From assembly GCA_050084985.1 (NCBI GenBank), contig JBITNC010000001.1:102796001-102860000 (forward strand): a stretch of DNA of 64,000 bases, written 5' to 3'. How positions within the stretch are numbered: position 1 is the first letter of the stretch; each line of letters begins with the position of its first letter. Source of the stretch: Nageia nagi (taxonomy: Eukaryota; Plantae; Pinophyta). The notes under the pieces are model-generated. The model was not told the DNA's origin. It saw only the letters and a program-made list of their open reading frames with translations, and searched no databases. A program made the position numbers and the translations under genes. Shown here piece after piece: positions 24,001-38,900 of the stretch.

Positions 24001-26385
24001 ATGAATCAAACTCATTGTTGCAAAATTCCCCACCATTATCAGACTTAAGACATTTCAACTTAGAATTAGTTTCATTCTCAACCAATGCCTTCCACCTCTT
24101 AAATGTTTCAAACACATCAGATTTCTTTTTAATATAGTATACCCATGTCTTTCTAGTACAATCATCAATAAAAGTGACAAAATAAGATGAGCCCCAAGTG
24201 AGCAAACCTGTGCAGGACCCCACACATCCGTATGAACAAGCTCTAATTTTTTACTCTTATTTTGTTTGCCAACTTTAAGAAAACTAACCCTTCTTTGTTT
24301 TCCATACACACAATCTTCATAGAATCCTAAATCAACCTCTTTTAGATTAGGGAGTGAACCATTAGAGTGTAACATTTTCATGCCTTTCTCACTCATATGT
24401 CCAAGCCTATTATGCCATAGTGATGCATCATTACCTATTGAAACAAGATTAAATGAATAATCAAAGACATTTGTGAGCAAATAAAGAGACCCCACCAAAT
24501 TTCCCTTTGCAAATACCATTGAACCTTTAGTTACTTTCCAACTACCATCCCTAAATGTCATCACATAACCCTCCTTATCCAATTTACTTGTTGATATAAG
24601 ATTTCTTTTAAGGTCTGGAATATGTCTAGCATCATTAAGAGTCCATTGTGTTCCATTAGGTAATTTCATTGTTATATTTCCAATACCAACAATCTTGCAT
24701 GGGTGTGCATTACCTAATAATACTTGACCAAATTCACCTTGTGTGTAATTTGAGAAATAGTTCTTATGTGGAGTAGCATGAAATGAAGCACCCGAATCAA
24801 GAACCCAATAATCACCATTCTTTTCATGAGACATGATTAAAGCATCTTGAATTAATTCACCAATAATATTTGCCTCTTGGTTACTTGTGCTTTCATTATT
24901 ATTATTACTACTATCACTTTCTTTTCCTTTCCTATTCCAACAATCTTTCTTAATGTGACCCTTTTTACCACAATGCCAACATTCCAATTTAGTGTTACCT
25001 TTTGATTTTGACCTTCCTTGTGATTTGCTTCTTGACTTGTTTCTCCTTCTTTCCCTTGATCTTCCTCTTGTCTCTACTGTGAGAGCAGCATTGGAACTTT
25101 CTCCTGTGGACTTTCTCCTCATGTCCTCACTTAGAATTGTTCCAACAACTTCATCAAAGACCAAAACTGCATTAGAAGAAGAATTACTAACAGCCATAAA
25201 AAAGCTATTCCAACTATCCAAAAGTGAACATAGAATTAATAAAGCTCTTACTTCATCTTCAAATTCTATCTTAACTGAAGTTAACTGATTTGTGATTGTG
25301 TTGAATTCATTAACATGGTCTTGAACTGAACTACCTTCATTCATTTTCATGTTAAACAATTTCTCCATTAAGTATACTTTGTTTGGGGCGGATGGTTTTC
25401 ATACATTTTTGCAAGTTTATCCATTACTTATTTAGTAGTTTTTTCATCAAAAATATTGAAAGCTACACTAGAACTTAAACAAAGTCTAACAGCCCCCAAG
25501 GCTTTTCTATCCAACAAGTTCCAATCTCCATCACTCATAGTAGCCAGTTTCTTACTCTTATCTTCTAGAGGTTGATAGAGATCCTTTTGGTAGAGGTAGT
25601 CTTACATTTGCATTTTCCAAAATTGAAATCCTTGCCCATTAAGTCTTTCCACCTTCAACCTCCCTTCTTCTGACATAGTGCTCTTCTTGGTTCCAATCTA
25701 CAAACAAGATTCACCAACAAAATCCCAACAAAACAACAAGCTCTGATACCACTTGTTAGGATTCAATAATTTCATATAAACAAGAGCATCAATAATTCTC
25801 CTACTCCTTGGCAAAAAAACAACATTCATTCATACTAAAATCAAACAACTATGAACATCAATCACACAATGAGAGACACAAGAGATAACGTGGTTCACCC
25901 AATGTAGGCTACATCCACAGAGAAGCTTTCAACCCTTTTACATAACATTCTTCCAAGTCCTCCAAGCAACAAACCAGCAGCATAACCTTGCTACAACCTT
26001 CACTTTGGAGCTACAACAAAGCCTCACTACAATCTCTCTCTCTCAGGCTATCTACATAAGCCACCAACTATAATTACAAGCAACTCACAACTACTGCTAA
26101 AACTACTTACAAACTTCAATCTATATGCCTCAACTCAAGCCTCTTATTTATAGATACAAACAAACCCAACTTAAACCCAAGCTGGATCTGGAAGGTTGTG
26201 AGGTTACCCCCAACTCTTCAATAACTCATATCCAAGTGTCATGGCTTCTTGGCAACTAAAATTTGGTGTCAAACGAGAAAAGAAACGCTCTCTATTTTAG
26301 CTGGTTGGCTAGTTCTGATAGGGTCTGGCCGGTTGGCCAGTTGGTAGGCCAGTTGGCCAGCTAGCTATAGTCTCCATTTTCAACA
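21098..26385 (-). mobile_element. Full-length Ty1/copia retrotransposon, Tork/Tnt1-like (C); 5' LTR 25754-26385, 3' LTR 21098-21730
   Basis: ~632-bp LTRs with TG..CA ends, about 95% identical by eye. TSD atgtg at 21093-21097 and 26386-26390. PBS (gctctgatacca on + strand, 25740-25751) is complementary to tRNA-Met-i. PPT ctccaagtgggagat on the minus strand (21731-21745). Confidence 0.97.
21791..25676 (-). pseudogene. Copia gag-pol polyprotein with frameshifts and stops
   Basis: Starts MSEEGRLKVERLNGQGFQFWKMQM*. Zinc knuckle CWHCGKKGHIKKDC; protease WVLDSGASFH; GAG-pre-integrase LWHNRLGHMSEKG; integrase LKSDNGGEF..TPQENEVAERMNRT; RT QLDVKIAFLHG, LLLYVDDML; RH VDSDMVGD..STTEVEY. Split across at least six ORF-track fragments. 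Confidence 0.95.
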
Positions 26386-29287
26386 ATGTGAAGGATTTTT
26401 CTATGGCTACAATAAAATAATCAATGAATTTTCTCTCCTCATTATCGTTGAACACCATGATTTTAGGTTACTTGATGCTCTTCCTACTTTCCATAATTTT
26501 GATTAAGTTTGGTGTAGGTGATGGAATTAAAGGATTCCACAACCAAGATCATGTGTGCTAACTCTAAAAAATTAACACTCAAATTACTCTCAAAATAATA
26601 ATATCTCAAAAACACAACAATAAGCAATATCACAAAGTAACACATAAGAAGTGTAGTGGTTACTCTTTAAGAGAGTACATCCACTTGAATCTAAATCTAT
26701 TACTTCTCAAGATAAAATATCTCTCACAATCTTTCTATTACCTAGATCTTTAAACTAGTAGCATGATAATGCTTCTACAAGTGTGTATTTTATAACAATC
26801 CTAGCCCTCCTTATATATGCTTAAATCCTACTTTGTTTCACCCTTTTACACAAGGGGAATACCAATGTCCATAGGATATCCACATCTTTAGATTAGGTGA
26901 GAATGGTAGGTGGAAGGCTTTTTACCCATACCTATTACATATGCCCATACTTCTATTTTAATTATGTGGGACTACATGCATATAATGATATACCCTTAAT
27001 ATAAAATATATGGGGCTCCACATTTGCATGCATGGATAATCCACATAATAAATGGATTATTCCATATTAAAAAATATTTTCCTTCTAAATTAGGTATTGT
27101 ATATGTTCATTTGTTTATAATTAATTAAGAACAATATACCTAAGTTATTTACACAATAATACATTATAAGTTCTAAGACTCCTCCTTAATGCAATATTGG
27201 GGTATAGATAAGATAATATAGAAAGAAAATGTATGAGAGCTCTCCTCTATAAGAAATACAATCAAATATGAGACCTTGACATCTTGAGAAGTAATAGACT
27301 TTAGATTCTAAACAAGGTCAACTACTTAACCATTTGAAAATGGTTTACAACACAATAATAATCAACCATAAATGGTTATAATGTACAAGTAATCATTCAA
27401 AATTATGTTGACATGATGAGCCTCCATGAACCTACATACTCAAAGTAAGTAACCTGCATACTTGCAAGCTACAAGTAGCTCATAGATAAGATCAATTAAA
27501 TGCATCATACATTCATTTAAACATAAGATAATATGAATAAAATAATGCTATCCATAAATTGATCAAGTGGATACTATAATTCATGCTAAACAAACCTATA
27601 GTCACCCTATAAGTCATCATAAATATGCTAAGCAAACCTATAGTCACCTATTGTATAACAAAATATATGTTTATCATTATGCACATACCAATTTGTCATA
27701 TGCTCTAAAATGTATAAACAAGTTATTCATATGTGGATAACTTAGTATAAAAGTACACACAAGGGGATTATACAATAAAATATCCTTCTACAAGTGAAGT
27801 ATAATAGTTCCTAAGAATTCATACTTTACTCTCTCTTATGGACAACGTTACCATCCTAAAAGATGTTATGGATTCATATAAATTCATCTTAAATTATTAT
27901 TTTTTGCATCTTTTCTATATGAAAGTTGATATGAAGTTAGCATCATTTAAGAATGATTTATCTCCCTTGAGGGTAACTTCATCTAAATAAAGGCTTAAAT
28001 AAATGAACAAAGGTGATTAAATTATCCATATAATGATACACATATTTAACATGCTTGTCTTAATGTAATTAAGCATCCATTACATTAAATCAATATCATA
28101 CTTATTTAAGTGCACTAATGCACATAAGATCCTATAAAAAATAATGAAATCCAATTTATTTTACTAATTTGACACCCAACAATCATATTTTAGTTATTGA
28201 TCCATATTTACAACTACCAAGGCTCCTATTTACTAAAATCTTGGAAAGTGAGGAACTCAAGTAGTGACATGTCACCTTAGAGTATCTAACTCCTTAGTTA
28301 AATCTTTTATACATTTAAGGAGCATTTATATCTTAGCTATGAGCCCATTTTTCTCCTTATAGATCATGTCAAATTCTTGATTTGCCACTTCCCTTTACCT
28401 CTTGAAGACTTAACATTGTAAACATGGTTCATTGATAGATTTATTGACACACTCCATTAAAGAAGCATTGATCAAATCTCTTAGTTACAAAGCATCCCTA
28501 TCAATAGTTTAAGTGACCTATAAGCCTACTGGTGAACCTTCCCCAAATTATTTTGTATACTTCATACATTCCCCTCATTTAGGGAATACCCTAAGCAAGC
28601 TGGTAAATAGTTTGCCATAATTAGAATCATGTCATTTAGTTTATATGTCAATCACTATTTATAGAGTAAGAATTACTTTGTTAAGTGATAACTACCATCG
28701 ATTCTTTTAATTGAGTTGTTCATGCTTATGTATAAGACATGTATTAAAACAATATCATGGATCTAATAATTTTATGCAAAAGTTAAGGCTTATAAATGAT
28801 AGCATCAATTATATTTGATGAACAACTCTTGAAACTTTTCTCCATTGAATTTTCAAAAATAAGTATTCATCAAAAGAATAATTTTGTATCATATAACTAT
28901 ACATAAGTAGCCAAAAATATTTCATCATATTCTATCCAAAAGATTATGGTAATCACCAAGAATATTTTTCTTACCTTCAACTAATTAAGGAAAGTATTTT
29001 TGTTATTAAGGTAGTAATCCATGCCATCAAGGAAATAATTATATGCCATCAATGAATTAGGATATAATATTAATTTCCAACTTGACCATTCCATTAGTCA
29101 AGATTTATAACAATTTCATGCATAACCATAAGCTCAAAATTCATCTCTAGATGCATATGTTCTTATCCCTTTATAATCATGTTGAAGTGGAGGTTTAAGA
29201 TCTCCATCAACAATATTATAATTTGGATGAATAATAAATCACAAAATAACTTTATTATGTCACCTAATAAATATTCACAAGTTATAA

Positions 29288-29714
29288 GCCATAAAATGCT
29301 AGCTTGATTATGCCATCTAGTTAAGATTTATGAGTCATAGGCCATAAATGCCAACTTGAATATGCCACCTAGTCAATATTTATGAACCATAGGTCATAAA
29401 TTCCAACTTGACTATGCCACCTAGTCAATATGCATAGGCTACAAAATACCAACTTGACTATGCCATCTAATCAAGATGCACAAGCCAAAAAATGCCAACT
29501 TAACTATGCCACCTAGTCAAGATTTATGAGCCATATGCCACAAATGCCAACTTGACTATTCCACCTTATCAATATGCACAAGTCACAAAATGACAACTTA
29601 ACTATGCCACCTAGTTAATATGCACAAGTCATAAAATACCAACTTAACTATGCCATCTAGTCAAGATGCACAAGCCATAAAATGCCAACTTGACTATGCC
29701 ACCTAGTCAAAATG
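29288..29714. repeat. Tandem array of 9 units (45-53 bp), each carrying a palindrome cttgacta-N7-tagtcaag
   Basis: Consensus gccataaaatgccaacttgactatgccacctagtcaagatgcacaa. Long variants replace the tail with ttatgagccatag. Confidence 0.92.
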
Positions 29715-29844
29715 TATATGATGAAAGAAACTAACATAGATTTAATTTTCATCAATATATAAATATACTTTTAAATAATAGGAGTAAAGTGACATCAATT
29801 CATAATATATAATATTTCCAAAATTGTAATTAATAATAAAAATA

Positions 29845-30250
29845 ATTGCAATTTTGGAGAAGGCAAAACCTTTTAAACCACTTCAACAATTTTCAATCAT
29901 GGAGAAGGGTGAACCTTTTTAATCCCTCCATCAATTTGTAATCATGGAGAAGAGAGAACATTTTTAATCACTTCATCCATTTGTAATCATGGATAATAAA
30001 GAACATTTTTAACCACTCCATCAATTTGTAATATGGAGATGGACAAACCTTTTTAACCACTCCATCAATTTGCAACTTTGGAGAAGGGAAAACTTTTTTA
30101 ACCACTCTAATAGTTTGCAATTTTGGAGAAGTATGAACCTTTTTAACACTCCAATAGTTTGCACTTTTGGATAAGGAAAAACCTTTTTAACCACTCTATT
30201 AATTTGAATTCATGGACAAGGGTGAACCATTTTAACCACTCCATCCACTA
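29845..30250. repeat. 45-bp tandem repeat x~9
   Basis: The ggagaagg anchor recurs at 29856, 29901, 29946, 29991, 30035, 30080, 30125, 30169 and 30214. Confidence 0.9.
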
Positions 30251-30879
30251 CAACTTGCAAACAATCTATCAACATGGATATAACTTTCCAAAATGGAAGT
30301 AGAATAGTGCATTATAAATCATCATAGAGATTCCAAGCCAATACTCATATTCAATTTTTTTATACCCTCACAAGGATGAAGTAATCATGATAATAATTCA
30401 TACTTCAATCCTTCTTGAAAACAACTTTACCCACCTAAGCGATTAGGGTTTATGTAATCATATAAATGAAGTTTTATTTTGATGGGCAATAAACATAAAG
30501 TCCCATCTAAAATTTACTCCTTGATAAAACATGATTGGATTTTAAAATTATGCTTTGTTATGAAGTTAATAATAATCCCCTTAAGATTAAATTCATTAAC
30601 AATTGTAGCATATTACTAAGCTCTACAAATGTAGAGAGGAACATACACTTCCCAAAGGTACTCATACACTTCCTTTTCAATGAAAAAGCAATCAACATTA
30701 TATCAATGTAACAAGGTTGATTAACCAAAAAATACTTGTTCATAACTTAATGGTGTTAAGAAAGAATACATTCACACCAATAACAACCAAATAGGAAGGA
30801 TAATTCATTATCACACTAATCAATGATGATATGTAAGATATCTATACAATCAAATAGTATCCTCAGTAACTTGAATGTG

Positions 30880-31440
30880 GAGAAAGTTTACAAACTTTTT
30901 ATTCCAACAAGGATATTGATCAATGTGCACAAACCAAAACTTTGAGGATCAATTTTCTATCCAAAAAAATGTACACAACCATTAAACTTTGGATTAAGTT
31001 CACAAACTTTCCACTCCAACAATGATATCATCTAATATGCACAAACAAAAAATTTGAGGATCAATTTTATAACTAATAAAAATGTTCATAACCATTCAAA
31101 TTTGAATAAAGTTCACAAACTTTCCACTCCAATAGGAATGTAAACAATCAAAAGTTTTGAGGGTAAGTTTTTCATCCTATGAAAAATGTGCACAATAATA
31201 AATTTTGAAGAAATTTTCATAACTTTTATTTCAAAAAATATGCACATACAAGCATAATAAATTTTTCATCCAACCAAGAATATTAAAAATGTGCATAAAA
31301 TTTGAAGAAATTTTAATTTCAAACAATATGCACATCCGAGAACAATAGATTTTCATCCAACTAAGGATATTTAAAAAATGTGCATAATCATAAAGTTTGA
31401 AGAAATTTTAATTTCAAAAAATGTACATATCTAGCACAAT
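30880..31440. repeat. Degenerate ~100-115-bp tandem repeats
   Basis: Recurrent aagttcacaaactttccactccaa / tttgaggatcaatttt blocks and ttttcatccaac / aaatgtgca / tttgaagaaatttt blocks. Confidence 0.7.
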
Positions 31441-32949
31441 AACTCTTTTGATCACAATTGCAACATAATACAACTCCCCCCTTTCTATTTTTTGTTAACT
31501 AGATAAACACAAATTTAGTTATAACATCATAAAAATTTGCATTAAATATTTACCTTTTTGCAAAATATTAATCTTAAACTTTTGAATTTGGAAAAAATAA
31601 TTTCTATAGTAATCTATTTGACATAATTGCAAAATAAAATTTTCGTTCACAACTTATCAATTTATTAAAAAAAATTATTCAAGAAGTCCAATATTGCACA
31701 ATAATTTCACCTAGAGAAATTTGCAATACTTGCCAAAGGTTTACAAAAAATAATTATTGCAATGATTAACATTTGCATAAAATTTTGCCGTAAGATTATT
31801 AACATAATGCATTAATCTGTTAAAGGCATACAAAATTGCAAAATGATTTTACTTACAAAAATTACAACAATTGCAAAATTTATTAAAAAAATGATTGATT
31901 TAATTGTTTTGGAAAAACAATTAAAATAATTATCAACATAATAAAATTTATGATATTCATACCTCATAAATATGCAATTAAATTTTGTGTCATCCTATTA
32001 ATACCTAAAAATGAATTTTGATTTAATTAAAATACCCTTTTAGATATTTAAAATAATTCATTTAATTTGTTAAATAAATGCTCTTTTCCATGTGCACTCT
32101 CATCTACCTTTATGTTTTGTGGTAATAGGTGGAATCGACATCACAATAAGCCTAAGGAGGAGCCTTAGCACTAAACCTATTACCTATAAAAGTGGAGGAG
32201 TTGTGCATGATCAAATATATGAAATGATATGCCATAACCTTGAATCCTTGATAGGTGGCAATATACTTGTATCAATCTTGATTGGTGTTTCTTAACACCA
32301 CCTATCATCTCTGAATTTTGTTATACTCTAAGCTTTGCATTCCTATGATATTTCATCCTTTCATGAGCAAGATTTGATTGATCGAAGGTGGGATGATGAC
32401 ATTGAGTGAAAGGGTGATGCATTATGTAATGGTAATAGAGCGTTGTCATTGGGTTTTTGGTGTTTCTACTAGATTGATGGCTCCATGTTTTGGTGAAGCT
32501 CTTCATTCATCCTCTTTCAATCAAATTTCAGCCTCGTCCTTTTTGATAGGTGAAGGTCAATTAGGTCATTATCATATTTCATGTTATCAATTTCCTTTTA
32601 TTCATAGCTAATTGGTAAATTTAATTATTTTGTAAAAAATCTTAATAATTATTACTTTAGTTATAACAATTGGTGGACCCAACTTCATTTCAATACATCA
32701 CAATATCCTTCACTAGTTATGCCAAAACCCTTAGTTTTTTTATAGGAATAATCTTACATTTCAAGTGTTTCAAAATTAGAACCTACTCAGTTTCTTGGTA
32801 TGGTCAATAGCTTTGATAAGGCCTCAGAGCTAATCTCAAAAAGATGTTATATGGTAATGAAGAACAAAGTGAAGCCTCTAACATTGGGGGTAACAATCAA
32901 TCCTTTAGAGGTGCTCCACCCATGACTAGGCATTCCAATCTGATATGTG

Positions 32950-35900
32950 ATGAGATTCTTAAATTAGGGAACCTAATCTATAAGTGGAACCTATTTTTGA
33001 AAAATACAATGATGAGAGAGATCCTATGGATCATATCAAGGCTTTCAAAATGAAATTCAAGTTGAAATTTAGGATGCATGACAACTTGATGGATAAATAC
33101 TTCGCTACTACATTCAAAGGTGATGCATTAAATTGGTACTTCTCTTTACTTGCTAAGTTGATTAATTTATATGTATAACTTATCTAAGAATTTTATATAA
33201 ATTTCAAATATCATGCTCCTAGACAAATAATATTTTCATATATAGTTAGTGTTATCCAAGGTCCAAATAAGCGATTTGATAAATTTTCCCAAAGGTTTTA
33301 AAAGATATGGTGTATAATTCATGAACCCTTATTCGAGTCTCATGTCACATCCATGTTTTTCCATAATATCCATCCTAAATTGAAGTTCATAACCCTATAT
33401 TATATGACCTTACTCTTTACTGAGATTGTACATAGGCTTTCCCAAAAAGAAAAGTTCTTAGTTGATATGAGTGATTTGAAATATGGAAAACCTAGCAAAG
33501 AGACTAAGGGAGGTAGACATCAAAAAAAGGAAGATAAATAGGTCCATGCCATAGAATAACTCTCATCCAAACAGAAACAAAATATTCAAGCAAAGCAAAA
33601 TTTTATAAAGAACAATAGGTTAGCTTTGGCTCCTATTGTTATGTTCAAGGACTATTTACAAAAAGGACTAATCAAACTTGATCTAAAGTAAGAGCTAGTT
33701 CTTCATGATGATAAACCTAGTTGTTACAATGAAGCATAATTTTATGAATATCATGAGGTTAAATATCATAAAACAAATGCATGTATGATCCTAAGGAAGC
33801 AATTACAAAAATTGTTAGATGATGGCAAGATATAGCATGAGACCTGTGCAATTGATTCATAGGGTACTGAACCACTTACAATAAACATCATCTTCAACCA
33901 AGAACTATGTGATACTACTAGGAGAGGAATACCTAGAGGGAGTATCAATTTTGTTATAGTAGAGGGAACAAATATCCCTTGTAATCCCAATACACAACAA
34001 CTCCTTGAGCAACTAAAGGTAACTCATGACAATATAAGTATTTTCAAACTTTTTGAACTTTCAATTGATCATAAAGATGCTTTATTTGATGTATTTAACA
34101 AATTAAAGTTGATACAAATATTCCTATTGCTAAATTTTTTGAATTAGTAGGAAATCTTGACACTGATTTAATTTGTAACATGCTTTCCTTTCAAGAGAGT
34201 GAATTACCTAGTGAAGATGTTATTGAGAAAAACTTAGGAATGTATATCCATGTTAATATTGATGGTATTCTTGTTAAAAAAAATTATTGATACTAGTTCA
34301 AATGTTAATGTATGTTCAATTGAATTATTGCAAAGATACTTTCCTTAAATATATGCAAAAATGAGAAGAACCACTATTAGCATTAAAGTATTTGATAATA
34401 CTGAAGTAAGTGGTAAAATGGTTCATCAAAAAGTTTATGCTTTTCAAGTGAAATTGCCATTAAAATGTTGCTTCATAGATCATGGATCCATAAGATTAGG
34501 GTTGTTACTTATACATTGAATTGGTAAATTAAGTTTATGCACAAAGGTAAGTAGGTTATTATTCATGCAAAGGAAAATCCTACATATGTGTATCAAGTAG
34601 ATGAGAGGTTTTGGATTCCTCATGGTTTAGTCAAAAGTGAGGAAGATGCACCAACACCTATCATAGCTATCACCCCACAAGAGGTAACATTAGAGCATAC
34701 TAAATCTCAAAGAAAGACATCTGGGATAACTTCAAAGAGTTTAAATGATCCTTTATAGTGTTAAAAAATTAGTGTTGCCACTAGGAGAAGATTGAAGTTG
34801 AGTGTTTTCACTCTATTTCTAAGAAAAAAAATGATCCTGTTGAAGGCATGAATGTATTTTATTAAGAACATGAAGAAAAATTCACATCCGATGATGAAGA
34901 TACAGCTCCCATTTTGCAAAAATACTAGGTCAAGTAAGTATGCATTTCAATAGAATTAATTATGCTTTCTCTAATGAATTTATGAAAAAATATAAGTATG
35001 GTGGAAAAGGATTAGGTAAGAATGAGTAGGGCATCATAAATCCCATTCCAACTGTAGGTCAGCATAAGAGATATATTGATAGTGGATTTGGTGATTCAAA
35101 ATGTAGCTCATCTTCATTAGTTCTAAGGATTCAGCATGTTGATAACAGTGATAAGGGATATATCATACATATATAGGATGATTTGTTGTATTGTGGATTG
35201 ATATATGGTCTAACAAAGGATTTATAGGCTTACTATGTAGATCCATTCTTACCTCCTATAGCTTCGATTCGAGTGGACATCTTTAGAAATGATGATACCA
35301 TCCTTGAAACGTTAGGGGCACAAAGTGAGTTCCCTAAGTCTAATGAAAAGAGGCTTGCAACATGGTTCATGTAATATCAAGCATATTTTAGTGAGAAGGT
35401 TTACCTGGTTGATGCAAACATTGTAGGTTAGAGCCTCACCCTTCTTTTCATTTATGTTCATCTTTTGTTCATTTTTTATTGAGTCAATCCTAGGTCTAGG
35501 TAGTTTGTCTTTTGTAGTCATTCTTATCTTCCCTTAATGGGATGATGGTGTTGGGTTCCTAGTATCTTTATTCCATTATTCCCATCTCTTATGGATGATT
35601 TTGGATCCTATACTAGGTGCATTGCCTATACCTCATCAAGTTAGTGATGAAATGTCCTATCTTAGTGAAGAAATAATAGAGCTAAACATCAATACCCAAG
35701 AGAACCCAAAGTTGATTAAAATAGGAGCTTGGTTAACCTTGGAAGAATAGGAAATGTAAAACCTATAATTAAAATATTTTTTTGATATCTTTTCTTCTTT
35801 TTATTATGATGTGCTTGGTCTTGATCCTAATTTTATCCCTCATAGCCTAGTTATCAATGAAAATGTCAAACCAGTTCAACAAAAGCCTAGAAAGATGCAT

Positions 35901-38900
35901 CCTAGGGTAACTCTTACCATTAAAAAGGAAATTAAAAAGTATCTTGGTATTGATTTAATTGTTTCCATTTATTATTATCCATGGATTTCTAACATTATGC
36001 TTACAACTAAGCCTAATAGTGAAATAAGATGTACAGATTTTAGGGATATCTGCAAGGCATGCCCTAAAGATGCCTTTCATTTTCCTAACATTGATATGAT
36101 TGTAGATTCAACAACAACTTATAATATTTTATATTTAATGGATGGATTTTTTAGCTACAATCAAATTAGGATCAACAAAGAGGACTAACATAAGACAAGT
36201 TTTGTTACTCCTTGGGGCATATTTTATTTGATGGGCATGCCTTTTGGTTTAAAGAATAGAGGTGCAACTTATCAAAGAGCCATGGTGAGTGTGTTCTATG
36301 ATATGAAAATGTTGATGTATATGGTAATTAAATCCTAGCCACATCCACAACCAAATATGATCACATTTCAAATTTGAGAATTGAAACCTCAAAAGTGTGT
36401 ATTTATAGTCTTATCAAGTAAATTGCATGGATTCATTATTTCAATAAGAGATATAGATATGGACCCCAAGAAAGTTTCAAATATTATTAATTTTCCTCCT
36501 CCTAATATTTTAAGGAATTGAGAATTCTTCAAGTGAAAGTGCAATCCGTTAGGAGATTCTTTGCTCAGCTAGTAGATATGACTTCCTCATTTTTTCATTT
36601 GCTAAAGAAAGGTGAGAAATTCATTTGGGATGAAAAGTGTCAAAAGGCTTTGGAAAACATCAAAAGGTATATTACTAATGCTCTAGTTTAGCCCCTTATA
36701 ATTTGAAAAAGAGTTTTTTACTTTATGTTTTAGCAACATTAAGTACATTAGGAGCAATGTTAGCTAAAAAGGATGATAACAATAAGGAAAGAGCAATATA
36801 CTATATTAGTAATACTTTACTTGATTATGAGATAAGGTATTCTCCAATCAAAAAGATATGCTTTTCTAAAGTCTCCTAAATTGAAAAGTTAATACATTAC
36901 ATGATTGGAAATGCAACCTATATCATAGCTTAGGTTGATCCTCTTAGATATCTCATGTCTAAGTTCTACCTATCTGGAAGGGTTGCAAAGTGGGTAGTGT
37001 TTCTTCAAGAATTTGATTTGGTCTTTATCATTCAAAATTTTATAAAGGAAAATGATATAGAATATTTCATTATAAATCACCCATGAAACAAATTTTCCAG
37101 CATGTAGGAGCAATTTCTAGATGAAGTGGATAGCTAGAACATCCATGAACTAAGCAATGTTGTTACATCCCTACGTTATCACTTCATTCTTAAGCCTGAA
37201 TACCTACATGTTTTTGTTATTTTTATGGAAAATGATGAATGTACCCTATTATTAAATGGTTATAAGTGCATTCATAGAGTAGTGTTAGGAATTTTTCTCA
37301 TCAACCATCACGGTGATGTTATCCCTATATCTTACCATTTAAGTTTTGATTGCACTAATAACATGGTAGAATATGAGGCTCTGATTCTAGGCCTAAAGGA
37401 TACAATACTTATAAAAGTGAAAAGGATCCAAATATTTGGTGATTCCCAAATCATTATGAAGCAAGTGTCTGACATATTCAACACTAAAAATCTCAAGTTG
37501 CAACCATACAAGGAAATGGATGAGAATCTCCTCATCTACTTCAAAGAGTATGAAATTTACAACACTCCAAGAGACAACAATAGGTATGTTCATGCTATTG
37601 CTAGTGACACTTCACTTGATCCTATTTCCATTGAATATGTAAAGAATATTTTCATTATAAAAAATATAGGTAAGCCCTCTTATGAATTTTTTTATTGAAT
37701 ATTTCATTAAGGATCATCGCTTTTTTGCTACTTGTATCAATGTGTGTGAATGGTATCAAGATTTTTTCAATTATCTTAAATATGATGTTATCTTTGTTAC
37801 CTTTTATCATAATGATAGAATTGGACTTTAAAATCTATCTACTAAGTATGTCATCATAGGTGATTTGTTGTGTGTAGAAGGTCTTTTGATGGTGCTCTTC
37901 TTAGATGTTTAATGAGGAATGAAGTAGACATGGCCCTTTAGCAAGCTCATGATGATGAATGTGGTGGAAATTATAGTGATAAACGTATTTATCAAAAATT
38001 TATTAAATTAGGTTATTATTAGCCTAATATGATTTAATATTATGAATTACATATCAAAAAATGTGAATAATGTCAAAATAATTCTAGTCTTCAACCCTCT
38101 CCTTCTCATGATTTGCATTTTATTGTATCTTATTGGCCTTTTTCTATTTGGGAACTTGATTTTATTAGTAAAATTAATACTATTTCAAGATATTGCCATA
38201 ATTTTATCATTATAGCTACAAAATATTTCACAAAATAGATGGAGGCTATACCCATGAAATCTATAAAAGGAGGTAAGATTGTTAAATTTCTTGTTGAGTT
38301 TATCATTTCTAGATATGATGTGCCTTTTAATATGTTCATGGATAATGGTACTAGCTTTAAAGGTAATTAAGTTAAGTAATTTTGTGCCAAATATCATATT
38401 GAATGAAATTTATCTACCCCATATCACCCCAAAGGAAATGGTCAAGCTAAAGCTTCTAACAAGGTCATTAAGAGTATCTTATCTAAAACTATTGCAAAAC
38501 ATGGTAAAGATTGGCATGAACAATTCCTTTATGCTTTTTGGGCCTATATAACAAGCATAAGGACATATGTAGAGGAAAATCCTTTTTCATTTATGTATGG
38601 TGATAAAGCCATAGTTCCCTTTGAGTTAGAAATCCCATCTCTTTTTGTGTCACTAGATGGTCTCATTCTCGATGAGGATATAAGGAAAGCTATATTAGCC
38701 CAACTAGAGGTCCTAGATGAAAAGTGGGTTAATTCTCTAGAACACCTTCATGTTTACCATTCTAGAATCCAAAAATTTTATAGCAAAAAGATCAATCCTA
38801 AACAATTCAAATTTGGTGACCTAGTCTTAAAATAAAGCCTTTCCAACACTGAAGCCCTGGAAAATGAAAATGAAAAGAAAGGTAAGTTCAAACCTAACAA

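Noticed and set aside
22606-25288. Plus-strand ORFs of 222, 98 and 98 aa
   Set aside because: They are antisense shadows of the copia polyprotein with no independent motifs.
29288-29714. CRISPR-like look of palindromic repeats with spacers
   Set aside because: The linkers are short and repeated rather than unique, there are no cas genes, and the array lies inside a plant retrotransposon.
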